Shown piece after piece: positions 13,478 to 26,029 of a stretch of DNA of 64,000 nt. The notes under the pieces are model-generated. The model saw only the letters and a list, made by a program, of their open reading frames with translations. It did not search any database and was not told the DNA's origin. The DNA is taken from the NCBI GenBank assembly GCA_004022145.1, contig RCNU01000005.1; one strand, written 5' to 3'. Every line of letters starts with the position of its first letter. Within the stretch, counting starts at the first letter, position 1. Made by a program: the position numbers and the translations under genes. The stretch is from Paecilomyces variotii. Taxonomy: Eukaryota.

Positions 13478-13896
13478 GCCGGGAGGAAAGGAGGTAAGTT
13501 TAAACGTTGCTTGAGCTGTACTTCTGAGATGATGGGAGCTCGTTGGGTTGCATCTGAACTTGAATCTAGTAACTAGCACGAATGGTCCTTCAATAATAAG
13601 ATAGGAATAATTCTGAAAAATAAAGAAAAAGTTAAAATAACCAAGTCCCTAAAGAACAGTTCTAGTATGCAATTATCATTGGCGAATAAATAGAAAATCG
13701 CTTTTAATCAACTTATGGCGGGTCTTGTGTTAGGCAAGCAAGGAGCGCCAGATACCCGTTTGCTAGATACCCCACAAAGCCACCGCCCACAGTGGTTAAA
13801 TCGACATCTCCGGAGCTGTCTCGGCGCGGAAAACGCGCCGCTACGCGTCCAAAGCCCAATCTCACCCACGATTTTAATGACTGCAATGAAGATAAG

Positions 13897-15958
13897 ATGC
13901 CTAGGTACGTCGCGCACCTGCTCGTCACTGACGTACATTTCACTTCTTGGCTACTTTCCAGCAACTTCCACTGAATAGCCGTGACTAACGACGTGGATCT
14001 TATTACAGGGAAATCATAACGATACAAGCCGGCCAATGCGGCAACAACGGTACGTCGTCCGCCCAGGGAATCGCATTATAATTATCGGCTATCAGAGGGC
14101 TTCTCTCTGCTCCAGCTAGAGGATATCGGGCTGGAGTCTTTGATAGGAGAAAGAAAAAAAGACTGGATTTTAGCTGACGTTACGTCCTCGATGCAGTCGG
14201 GAGCCAGTTCTGGCAACAGCTCTGTCTTGAGCATGGTATCAACCGAGATGGAAACCTAGAGGAATTCGCGACGGAGGGCGGAGATCGGAAAGATGTTTTC
14301 TTCTATCAGGTACTGAACAGACATGCCGTGTTCGATTGCTGGTTATGAAGCAAGCCGTGTGTCTGTCTGGTCTGTATGATGGCTAATCGCACTTGCGTGA
14401 ATATAGAGTGATGACACGCGATACATTCCCCGAGCGATTCTGCTCGATTTGGAACCTAGGGTATGGACCGAGATTGCGCCCCCCTTTTTGACCTTATTAT
14501 CTCTTCTCCGTCGAAGCTATGCGGCTCGTGATGTGTGAACTGAAAGACTAATTCGCCTTTTTCTTTGGATCACAGGTAATCAACAGCATCCAAAGTGGCT
14601 CTTACCGCAATATCTATAATCCAGAGAACTTCTTCATCGGCCAACAAGGTATTGGAGCGGGAAATAACTGGGCTGCCGGATATGCAGCCGGAGAGATCGT
14701 GCAGGAGGAAATATTCGATATGATCGATCGAGAAGCAGACGGAAGTGATTCATTAGAGGTGCGTGTTGGGTTGTCGTGGAGGAGTAAAATATAATACTAT
14801 GACGGGGTGGAAATTTGACGGAGGGGGACGATCCGCTGATTATAGATTGTTACATACAGGGCTTCATGCTGCTACATTCCATTGCAGGAGGTACTGGTTC
14901 CGGTCTAGGAAGTTTTATTCTCGAGCGGATGAATGATCGCTTTCCGAAGAAGTTGATTCAGACTTATTCGGTGTTTCCGGATACGCAGTCTGCAGATGTG
15001 GTTGTCAATCCTTATAACAGTTTACTGGCGATGAGACGGTTGACGCAGAATGCGGATTCTGTCGTAAGTGTCTTCATATTGAGATGAAAAAACTGTTTTA
15101 TTAAACTCACGGATTTACAGGTTGTTCTCGACAATGGTGCGCTTTCCAGGATAGTCGCAGACAGACTCCATGTTCAAGAGCCGTCATTCCAGCAGACTAA
15201 TCAGTTGGTAGGTGCCGTTATCTTATAAAATACGGAAGATTCATACTAGGATTCAGATGCTAAAAGAGCTGCTACAGGTCTCAACGGTGATGTCGGCCTC
15301 AACAACCACTCTCCGGTACCCCGGATATATGCACAACGACCTTGTCGGAATTACTGCCTCTCTCATCCCCACGCCCCGAACACACTTCCTCATCACATCC
15401 TATACTCCATTTACCGGTGACAATATCGAGCAGGCCAAAACTGTTCGAAAGACCACCGTGCTCGATGTCATGCGCCGACTTTTACAGCCCAAGAATCGCA
15501 TGGTCTCTATCACGCCAAGCAAGTCGAGCTGCTACATCAGCATTCTCAATATCATTCAAGGCGAGGCCGATCCGACGGACGTGCACAAATCCTTGCTTCG
15601 TATTCGAGAGCGTAGACTCGCGTCTTTCATCCCGTGGGGTCCAGCCAGTATACAGGTCGCTCTCAGCAAGAAGTCACCGTACATCCAGCACACGCACCGT
15701 GTCAGCGGTCTCATGCTGGCCAATCACACATCTGTCGCGACACTCTTCAAGCGAATTGTCCAACAATACGACCGTCTGCGGAAGCGAAATGCTTTCTTGG
15801 AACAGTACAAGAAAGAGGCTCCATTCGCCGATGGATTGGGCGAGTTCGACGAGGCACGAGCTGTCGTGGTCGACTTGGTCGGAGAATACGAGGCTGCAGA
15901 GAGGGAGGATTATCTGGATCCAGACGCAGGAAAAGGCCCTGGGGAGGCTGCGGCCTAA
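13897..15958 (+). CDS. mipA: Gamma-tubulin, multi-exon (first exon 8 nt)
   Basis: [15 protein letters not shown] start; [53 protein letters not shown]. Confidence 0.97.
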
Positions 15959-18900
15959 GATTCTGGATTTCCTCCCGTGTTCATTCCAATTGTGTTTTTC
16001 AGTCATTGGTCCATCATGCAGATATTCCCCCCCCCCCCCCCCCCCCCCCCTTATTTTATTTTATTTTATTATCTTGTCAACGTATGCCAATTTTTCCTTG
16101 TTGTTCTTCATCCTTTAGAAATAGGACATTCAAGTATCCCGGTATTGATCGTCGGGGTGCGAGGAAGGCGTCATATTGGTTGATTGATTCTTCGGTGTCG
16201 ATGCATGGGTTAATTACTCAGGTCAGAAACGTACACTAAGAAAGAAAGAAAAAAGACTGGAAAGAGAGGAAAAAGCAATTATAGGCTTCGTTTCCGTTTT
16301 GCGTAGCGAGCTTCCTAAGAAGTAATAAATCAATCATTCGCCGCGTTTGTTGCTCTGTCAATACTTAGTATGCGGTTCCGTGAGGGGCAGATGAACGTAA
16401 CCACTAGGTAGCAGGTGTCTACCTATGGTGAGGGGAACATTCGTCAACCATGATGAGTTAACTTAGTTAGTTAATGTTAGTTAGCCAACAGGTAGTTATT
16501 ATCGAATAGCTGATTCAGGTGTAGCCAATTTCTCTCCGGATCACACGACTTCGGGATGTTAATACAGCTCCAATTTTGGGCGGCAAGGCCGGAAATAATA
16601 CGAACGCTATTCACACGTAGCTTGTCCACTGGAATTTACATGGATTAAGTCAGTAGTTCAGTACTCCGTCGTAAGGGAGGGTTATGTGCCCGAGTATCTA
16701 GTCGGGTTTTGCGAGGCTAGCGCCCAGAGCGATGGCTGTGAGCCTTCTGGATAGCTTGCATGTCGTTAGCGAAGGTAGCTATCCCTATGGAAGTTAAGTT
16801 GATTTTTTTTTAGAACGGGCAGGGGTCTAAATAAGTATGGTACAAATCTCCATCACAGCTGTCGCGATATTTAGGCGGGATCGTGCTTTCTTATCTGGCG
16901 ATAAGCAAGCCGAGCCGTTAATTTAACCCGGCAGTAGTTCCGATATCCAGGAAACGGACCGATGTCCGGAGGGTATTTCAGGGCCTGCATGTGGTTCCAT
17001 TATTTATTAGTCCTGGAAAAAGCAATCAGTGAGCGAAGTAGTACAGATATCACCGTCAGGGTTTGTCGGGTCTCTTCAATGGCATGTAGTCGACTTCAGG
17101 TTATCATTGGCGTGGCCAGCTGCGAGCGTGTCCCAAAGAGGAAAGCAACCGGATATTTAGTTGTATATGGGACAGGTCAAACATATCTGTGCTTCTTTCC
17201 AGGATTTGGGATAGAAATACTTGTCACATTTCACACCGAATGAAGCTGTCCATGGTAACATCCCAACCGCATACGTGCGTCTCACTGTATGGTATCTCGC
17301 TGCTGTTGTGTGCAATCTCGATAGATGACAAGTCACTGTGGCTAACGGGGTCAATGCGCGTCTTAACCCTACGGAGTACAGCACGTAAGTTAGAGTAGAC
17401 CCCGGTTGGTTCGCTATCGCGTGGTCTCATATCACCTCCTTTGTGTCCCTCTGGGGACGCGATCTTGACCAGTGTCAGGTCCTCCCTTTTCGTTGCTTGT
17501 TATTAAAATGCTTGACCCTCGAATTGGCGTCCTCTGGAAGCCAGCAACCTGCGCAGTCACGCTGCAGCACCGTTTCGAATCGATCTGCGCGGGTGTGGAC
17601 GATCATCTGGATAAGGACCCCAGTCCTTCTCAGATACAGTGTTAGTGTGTACGATTTTGGCGTGGCGGCGTCTGGACGACCAAGGTAGAAAAGTACGAGT
17701 AACTCCCCAATAGCCGAATAGGCCGCTTCAGGGGAACGAAAGCAGCGTCGCAACCCATTCTCCGTATTATTAGTATTATTGAATGATGGCAAAACCTTGA
17801 TCTGCGGGGATTACACAGCACGCAAGTGCAGAAGCTATTGACGGATTGACACGGCAGTCACCAAGCTGGCGCTATCTCAAGTCGACTGGAGCTTGTGGCA
17901 GCAGCGTCGATCGAGCGCTATGGTTGGAATAGTGAACAGAGATAGCTCGAGGATCAACTTCCAGTTGAGAAAGTCTCCGGAATGCAAGGCTCAACGCTTT
18001 AACGCTGAACCTCGAGCACGGGCGTGAGGGGATGTGGCTGGCCCGAGTCCGCATCACGTGAGGCTTAGCATGCGATCGAGTCACTCTGCCTTGATAGACG
18101 GATGATGATCTCGTATGAAGACGGCATGCGCTTTCGGCGGCGTCTCGCTCCGTAGAGCAGTCAGATGAAGTTCTACTGGTATAGCTGCCAACCTGGTTGC
18201 TGGCCCTGAAGATGTCGCTATTCTCTGCTTCCTTTGCGACCCTGAGCCCGGAGTAATCTAATTAGATGATCGATCCATGGGGATCTTCTGATGCTGAGAC
18301 GTAAGCCACACCCCGAGCTCCGACACTTCGCCGGTGTCTGGAACGGGGGGAACACAGCAACGGGAACTTTGGAACTGGTTTTCTGAACGAAGGGAGAACG
18401 AAGGTTAAAACCCAAGCGAACTGGACGGATATAGCAAGTCATTTGCCCCCAACTGGTACCAATGTCTCGGGCAACGGCAGCGGCCGACCCAGTGCCGCTG
18501 AGGAAGGGGAGGTTCAACCCTGGATTGGTGTCAAAGAGGATTCCTGGGTCGTTACAAAGGTTTGGAACGTCCACGGGACAGAGAACACGCGTGAAGAAGG
18601 GATTGCTTATCAACGTAGATCCAGCGTAACTAGTTAACAGCTCCAGTGATATCTAGTAGTGGAGAGGTGATTCTCTAATGCATTGAGATACCGGCCATTA
18701 CTAAAAGGGGAAACCACGCGTACCAAGGCAGGATAAGAAGATACTACAAGTTCAGCTCTCGAGTGTACCTAAGATAGCAGGATGATTCTTAGTACCACTA
18801 CCACCGCAGCATCTCCCAGTGTAATTATATTATTATTATTATTAGTTAGATTAGATACATCAATAATACTAGACGGTTTCACCAGTATCCGGGAGCAGCA

Positions 18901-19545
18901 CTGCTGACTGCCGCCCTCTCTCGAAGCTTCTGGGATACGATCCACCCAGACTCACCCATTCGCCTCCACCGCCCCCAGTTAGCCCGTTTAGCCTTCTTCC
19001 GTCTCGATCGCTGGCACCTGCTGAGCTTGCTCATACCCCAACCTGAATCGGATCGTCGCCTCGTCGGCGCCTGGTCTCTTGGGTCCCGACTCCAGCTTCC
19101 ATAATCAACTCCTTCGCCTCAGTCCTTTAAATGGCGCCCTTACTCACGGCCACCTGGCCCTCTTCTCTCCTCTCTTTCCTCCCCTGACTCACACGATACC
19201 ATCTTCAACACCCCTCCGACGTCGACTATCTCCTCAGGACTCCTCTCCGTCTCTAGAACACTGTCGTCCGCTATCTCCAGATAAAGAGTGAGTCCGTCCG
19301 TCTTCAGCCTCACCGCCAGCAAGCTGCGGTTGGCAAGGGTTCCGCTCTCTAACAGCATATCCAGTCTCTCGCAGATCCTACAATACCAAAACCACCAAGA
19401 AATTCCTTGATCTCTCAAAGAGTTAAAATCACCGCTGCAATCGTTACTGCGTCTGCATCTCTTCAGTGAGCCGCGTGGCAGCCCTCCTTTCTCCTACTCG
19501 CCACCTGCCTCTCCTCCATACCTACCTACCTACAAGCTATCCAAC

Positions 19546-19764
19546 ATGGCGCCTCGCAAGCCTCGTTGCAACTTCAAGGACTGCAAGGAGCCCGCTCAGC
19601 GCATCATCGGAGACTGCGGCTTCTGCAATGGCCACTTCTGCCAGAAGCATCGGATGTTGGAATCTCATCTCTGCAGCGGTCTAGAAGACTGCAAACGGGA
19701 ATCCCACGCCCGAAATGCCGATAAGCTGAACAGCGAACGCACGACGGTCATCAAGGGCGTATAA
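19546..19764 (+). CDS. Small AN1-type zinc finger protein (72 aa; Tmc1/ZFAND-like)
   Basis: C-x4-C...C-x2-C-x4-C-x2-H-x5-H-x-C AN1 pattern (CNFKDC...CGFCNGHFCQKHRMLESHLC). Probable 5'UTR intron 19288..19374 (GTGAGT...CTAAC...CAG). Confidence 0.9.
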   Translation: MAPRKPRCNFKDCKEPAQRIIGDCGFCNGHFCQKHRMLESHLCSGLEDCKRESHARNADKLNSERTTVIKGV

Positions 19765-20804
19765 GTGTCTGCCCCGTTCGGCACTGGCTGGCGACGGGCC
19801 CATTTCGTTTTGTCATGATGTTGGTTTTGGACCACGGAGGAACGTCGGATTAGCCGGGTGCTTTATGCCTCCTACGTCGGGGTGGTTCTTTTTCTCACGG
19901 GCATGTTGGGGTATTATTGACGGGAAATTTCCCATTTCATATGCAAGGCGTTATTAGGAGGGATTCTCAGAGATATTTTGCATCAACTGCTGGGGTCGAT
20001 TCTACGGACGATCCCGTCTTTCTCACTTGCGACCGCTGCCTGAACGGCTATTTGGACTATGGGAGCACCACGCATACCTGCGGCATTGTTCGATAGACGG
20101 GGCTGCTTTGGATTTCGGGTGTCTGCTGCGATTATTGCTTTCCTGGCGGGCGACACAGCCACTTGGATATAGGGAACTGGACCGTTTTGGATGTGATTGG
20201 ACTACTACCTATGGAACATTTAGTTGTCGATGTGCATTATCATACCAATAGATCGCCATATTTGGTCGTTTACATATCATTTCTGTTCTAATAATTTCAT
20301 AATTTCCCTTGGCGTCTATACTCTGATACTAGTAGAGAGTGAGTAGTGAGGTACTGTGATATTGTCACGTGACTTTGTTCGGTTTGGTAGCTGGAGTAGC
20401 ACATGATTCGAGCAGTGATCTGGCTAATATCGAAGGGTCGAGGTGTTTGCGCAATTGCCACGTAGATGGAGAATATGCATTACCTAGCAAGGAATAGAGT
20501 GAAAAAAAAAAGTAAAAGAAAAAAGTTCTGATCGATGACAAAACAAGCGGCCTCGTCCGAACGTAGTTTTTTTTTCAGCAACCCGGAAATTTTACCCTGG
20601 GAACCCGCACGGCAGACGTCACCGCGGCTCCGGAACAGCAGGCACGCATCCGTCACGAGTCGTCAGAACTTTCAGCCACCGACATAAGCAAGAAGAAACT
20701 TGAGCCCATTCGCATCCGCGTACCTCCAACGATACGATATTCGAAAAAGTGCACTTGAAAAGAAATTGCATATCAAAGTGTGATAGAGAGGGCATCGTTC
20801 GGTG

Positions 20805-21819
20805 TTATCCGGGTCCAATCTTCGGCCTAGAATTGAGGACGTGTTAGTACTTGAGAATAGAATAGAGTATAAATATGGTACGTCGGGGGAAGGGTAGAGT
20901 AGATAGTGAAAGGAGGTGTTTCTGTTCTTCTCTTTTTCTCCTCGCTACCACGACCATAACCGTCGAAGTAGTAATGGTGGGGAGAGAGAGGTCCATCCAT
21001 GAAGGATTGATTGTGATTCATATGCATGCATGAAATTTCATGGATGTCCGAATGATAATCATGATATCAATGATACTTCCAGAAAACCGACCAGCAGACT
21101 TGTGGACGGGATCCCAATGAAGAACAGAACAGAATAGAACAGGGGCATAAAGGGGAAGTAAGTAAGTAAGATGAGAGGAGGAGGGGAAGCGTACATGTCA
21201 TGGTGCTCACTTAGAGTGCTCAGGTACTTGTTGAGCTCCTCGACGCGCTCCTTGTGCGTCTTGACGCCTTCTCGCTTTAGGCGGTCGTTGAGCTGTAGAT
21301 ATCATAGTTAGTATGTGATCTGGCTATGGCAGGCATGGAAGTATTGAAAAAGGGAGCAACACAGTGACTATTATTATCATTGCTTTTTCTTTTCTTTCTT
21401 GGAAACTTCGATTTATATGCGCGCAGTCCTTTTTGGAAAATGGAGCCTCAAACCCTGACAAAGAACAGAAAAATCCAATAACAGAGAAATAAAAAAAAGC
21501 TCCTAACGAATCGAAAAGGAAAAAAAAATAAATAAAAACGTACCCTCTTCCTTCTCATCTCCTCATACTTCTTCTCTGCCTCCGTCTTCTCAATAATCGG
21601 AACATCACCACCTTCCTGTTCCGCAGTCGCAGCAGCGGAAGCTTCACCACTATCCTGCTGACTCTCCGCTACAGCGGACGCTTCTCGCGACGTCTCTGCA
21701 TGTTCCTTCTTCTCTTTCTTTTTCTTCTTCTTCTCCACCCGACCGCCTTTTACCTTCAAGCCTTTCAGCTTGAGTTTCCCGGCCCCGCTGACGGCGGAGT
21801 ATTCGTCGCCCGGGGCCAT
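20805..21819 (-). CDS. FAM32A / DUF1754 family protein, 3 exons
   Basis: GKLKLKG...KKKKK...KTEAEKKYEEMRRKR | LNDRLKREGVKTHKERVEELNKYLSTLSEHHDM | PKIGPG*. Confidence 0.92.
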
Positions 21820-23689
21820 TGATAGAGATCTGGCTTTGCAGGTTCTTCTTTAGGGGAAAAAGGGGGTGTGGTTTCTCTTCTTTGTTTGGTCTGCTTTCTG
21901 TAGCAAGATATTGTCTTTAGAGAGACATGTCGGAGATCTGTTTTTTATATTTGGAGGGAGCGAGTCCCTGGTGTTGCATATGGAATTGGAGAGAAGCCTC
22001 GCCAGTCGATTTGCCGTCGGAGGCGAGACGTTGCGAGATCGACGATCGGCCAATCAGCGTGCGGAGCGCGCACTGAAAGGGCCGTGCGTATGCGATTACA
22101 TCTTTGGATACGACGATGTATGAAAAAGAAAGCATAGAGACTGATTTCTAATTAGAGTATGTTTGTCTGTGTATTTTATTACAAGCGTCTCCGGGGGCCA
22201 CACATACTGTGTGGCCTGGGCGGGTAAGAGAATTTGATGGGGGGCAGAACTTAGAACAGAAGGCAGTGAGCGTGTTAAAGTATACATTTTGGGGCGATCG
22301 CGTATTTATATATTTAACAAGGTCTTTAGCCACACATCCTATGTGGCTATCGCCCTTAATAGAAAGTAGTATTTAGCATATAGAGCTTAATAATTAGGAT
22401 AATATATTAGGACTTTAACGCTAACTACTATAGAGGCTTTAATACCTTATTTTATTTTATAGAATAGCCTATTTAAGTTCTTAATTAAAACCCTAAATAT
22501 TAGCTATTCTTTCTCTATCTCTTACCCCTAAATATAGAGTATAAGAGCTGTTAATATTCTTATACTAATAATATTTAATATCCCCTAAATCGCGATTATA
22601 ATAGACCCTAGATTTAACTCCCTAGATTTAATATATTTAATACCGACCTTAGATAATACCTGTTAGATAAATCCCTTAGATTAGAGTTTATCCCTAAACT
22701 TTATAATACTAGATAATCCTAGAGCTAGAGCTAGAGCAGCCTATTAAATTATTAACCTATTTAGATAGTAATCTATAGCTATTTTTATTTTATATAGCTA
22801 TTTTATACTTATCTACTATAAGAATTATAATTATTAACCTATATATATACTCTAGTCTAATATAGAAAGAGGTCTTTAACCCTAGCCTAAGATTAAATAT
22901 AATATATATAGATGCTAATAGCAGGAATCCCTTATACTTCTAATATTTTTTTAGCTAATATATTACCTATAATATAATAATAGTAAGCTTAATTATTAAT
23001 ATATTATATAGTAATTATAGGGCTAAATCTCTATATTAAGCTAACCCCTAATATTATACTATCTTATTTTTTTTATTCTTCTTATTTTAGAGAGTATATT
23101 AGTTAATAAATAATCCTTATTAATTAGTCTAGTAGAGCTAGGTATTTAGAAGAGATATATAGCCTAACTACTTAAAGCTAATTACTAAAAGTAAGTACTT
23201 ATTTAAACTATAAATTATTAAATCTAAAGCTATAATAACTAATTAATCTTATTCCTTAATACTCTACCTATTTTTACTTTTTTATCTTTTCCTTAAAGAT
23301 CTTTTCTGCAATAGATTTATTTATAAAATAATTATTAATATTATCTAATTAAGTGCTTTCTAAATTTAAGCCTTTATTTAAAGTCTTAGTTAAAAAGAAT
23401 AGGCCTAGATAGAATTCCTAGACTAATCTAATAGCTTAAAAGGCTAATAATACTTAGGGAGAAAGAGTATTAGCATATATAGTAGATATAAAATATATCT
23501 CTCTATTCTTAGTTAGGGTAACAGATTTTTTATAAAGGCTTAAGAAATAATTTCTTTAAACTACCTAATTTTATTATAATAAAATTATTCTTAAAGATTT
23601 TTTTAGAGTAAAATTTTAATTACTTAAAAAATTACTAGTCTTAACTGCTATTTTATAATACTTCTTCTTAATCTAGACTTATTAAATTA

Positions 23690-26020
23690 GTTAATCTTAA
23701 TTAACTTAAAAATCTTAAAAAATCTGCCTTTAGTAATAGTTTAATAAAACTATTTACTATTATATCTTATATTCTAATAAACTTAATACTAATCTTATTC
23801 TTTTAATATAGGTTATATATATAATAATATATAATATTAATATACTTTAATCTCTTATAGATATAGATATCTCTAATTAATAATAATAATACTTAATTAT
23901 CTCTATAGATTTTAACTAGAGAACTAATAATAAAAGCTTACTCTTTCCTTATTATTAGCTTAAATTTATTTAGATTAATATAATATCTATATTCTATATC
24001 TCTTAAAAGAAGGGCTAACTATTAAAACTGCTTTATTGCTTAATATATAGCTATATATTTAGCCTCTATAGTTAAAATTATAATAGACTTTTATTTCTTA
24101 TTTAATTAGCTTACTAGACTACTAGCTAATATAAAAATATTCCTTAAGATTAATATCTAATTAGTCTTATCTATTATATAATCTAAGTCTAAATATTTAA
24201 TAAATTACTAGTCTTAATTTATATTAAACTTAAGACTAAGGCATATAATTAATTATAAATATTTTATAAAAAACTTTAATATCTTAAAATACCTTTTAAA
24301 TAAATCTAATAAATATTAACTTAATCTGCCTATTATAAATATAATATCTAGTCTTATTAAAATTACTAAATAGATTAAGCTATTAATAATCCTTTAATAC
24401 TCTCTCTAGTTTATTCTTTTATTTTAAAAGCTAAATAATTTTAAAAAGTTATATCTATTTAATAAGATATTAACTAGATATATTTTCTCTTTATTTATTT
24501 TATATTATAATAAGAGTTCTTTAATATAATAAGATTAGTCTATTATTAATATTTAGTTCTTCCTATTTTAAGTAACTTAAACACTAAGAATCTTTTTTAC
24601 TTCTCTTAAGTTCTTTATCTTATATATTAATCTAAATTCTTATTTAAACTAGTAAATATTCTCTATTTATTTTATATTAATTAAAATATTATTAATATAT
24701 ACTAGGAATAAGATCTCTTTTTTTAAGTACTATAATAAGTATAGATTAGTATTAATTTATATAAAACCTATTTTCTAAAGTATTTTTATATAAGTTTAAT
24801 TCTAATCTCTTATAGCCTGCTTTAAGCTATATAGAGATTAAAGAACTTTTAATATTATTTCTAATAATATATTTATTCTTAATAGAAATACTATATAAAT
24901 CTCCTTTTTTAATATTAACTTTATAAAGATATTATTAATATCTATAATATAGTACTTATAATCCTCTATTATAATAATAGCTAGAAATACTTATAATATA
25001 TTATATTATAAGATAAGAATAAAGATATACTTAAAATTAATACTATATTTCTAAATAAACTCTTAAATAATAAGATATATCTTAAGCTTCTAAAGAGAAC
25101 TATTTAAATTATACTTTATAGCTAATACTTAATAACTAATTATAATATTAGCTCTTAATAATAGTATAACTACTTTAAAAGTTTTATTTACTTAAAGTAT
25201 ATCTATTTTAACTTTAAATATACTCCGCTATAATTTATTTTAAATAGAGTTATTAATTATAGTATAATATAAGTTTAAGATTAGAATATACTCCTTTACT
25301 ATATATATTACTATTATAATATTTAATATTTATTCTATATGCTTCTCTTAATCTATATTAATGCCTAGAGATAGGAGATTTAATATAAGCATTACTTAAT
25401 ATAATTTCTTAATATTCTGTTTATTATTTAATAACTTAACTTTCTCTCTCTTATACTTTATTATATAAGGGATCTCTATATAAGATATAACTTATCTACT
25501 TAGCAAGAATAAGGGGTTTATCTATAAATCTTTATAATTATTTAGATTATTAAAATAAAAATAATTAAATATTTCTTTTTATTCTATAATTTTATTATAA
25601 TAAAATATCTTAATTTCTTTTTAATAAAAAACTTCTTTTTCCTTTTAAAGAAAAACTAGAACTTCCTTATAACTCTTCTCCTAATTTTTAATATTATTCT
25701 TTTTTTTATTTAAGAATATATATATACTTAAAATAATAGGTTAGGTTATTAATTAACCCCTTAAATTTTTTATTAGTACTATATTTAATAATAATCTTTA
25801 GAGAATTTTAAGGTCTAAATCTCCTTTTAATTTATTCTTAAAGAACTTAGCTTAATAAATCTTAATAGTCTTTTTTATATTTAAAGCTTAAACTTTCTAC
25901 TATTTATTTATTCTCTTAATATATCTTATAAAAATATAAATTCTGCCTTAATCTATTAATTTATCTCTTTATATATCTTATAATAAAGATTCTAGATTTA
26001 TATATAATACTACCTAATTA
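23690..26020 (-). mobile_element. RIP-degraded Ty1/copia pol fragment (RT, RNase H, part of integrase)
   Basis: Minus strand reads IDINNIFIKLILKKEIYI (~24.9 kb; D.DNAF....L.EEIY), LVYIN (~24.7 kb; LVYVDD), TIEAKYIA (~24.06 kb; STEAEY.A) and IVNSFIKLL (~23.75 kb; ADGFTKPL), followed by a purine tract at ~23661-23669. Ends approximate. Confidence 0.8.
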
Positions 26021-26029
26021 TTATAGTGC

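Noticed and set aside
16027-16050. Poly(C) tract and Pro-rich ORFs overlapping the gamma-tubulin 3' end
   Set aside because: Simple homopolymer in the 3'UTR; the ORFs are shadow frames.
22400-23460. Possible LINE ORF1 or gag zinc knuckle (YSNYRAKSLY at ~23008)
   Set aside because: RIP damage is too heavy and the spacing is not convincing; left unclassified within the AT block.
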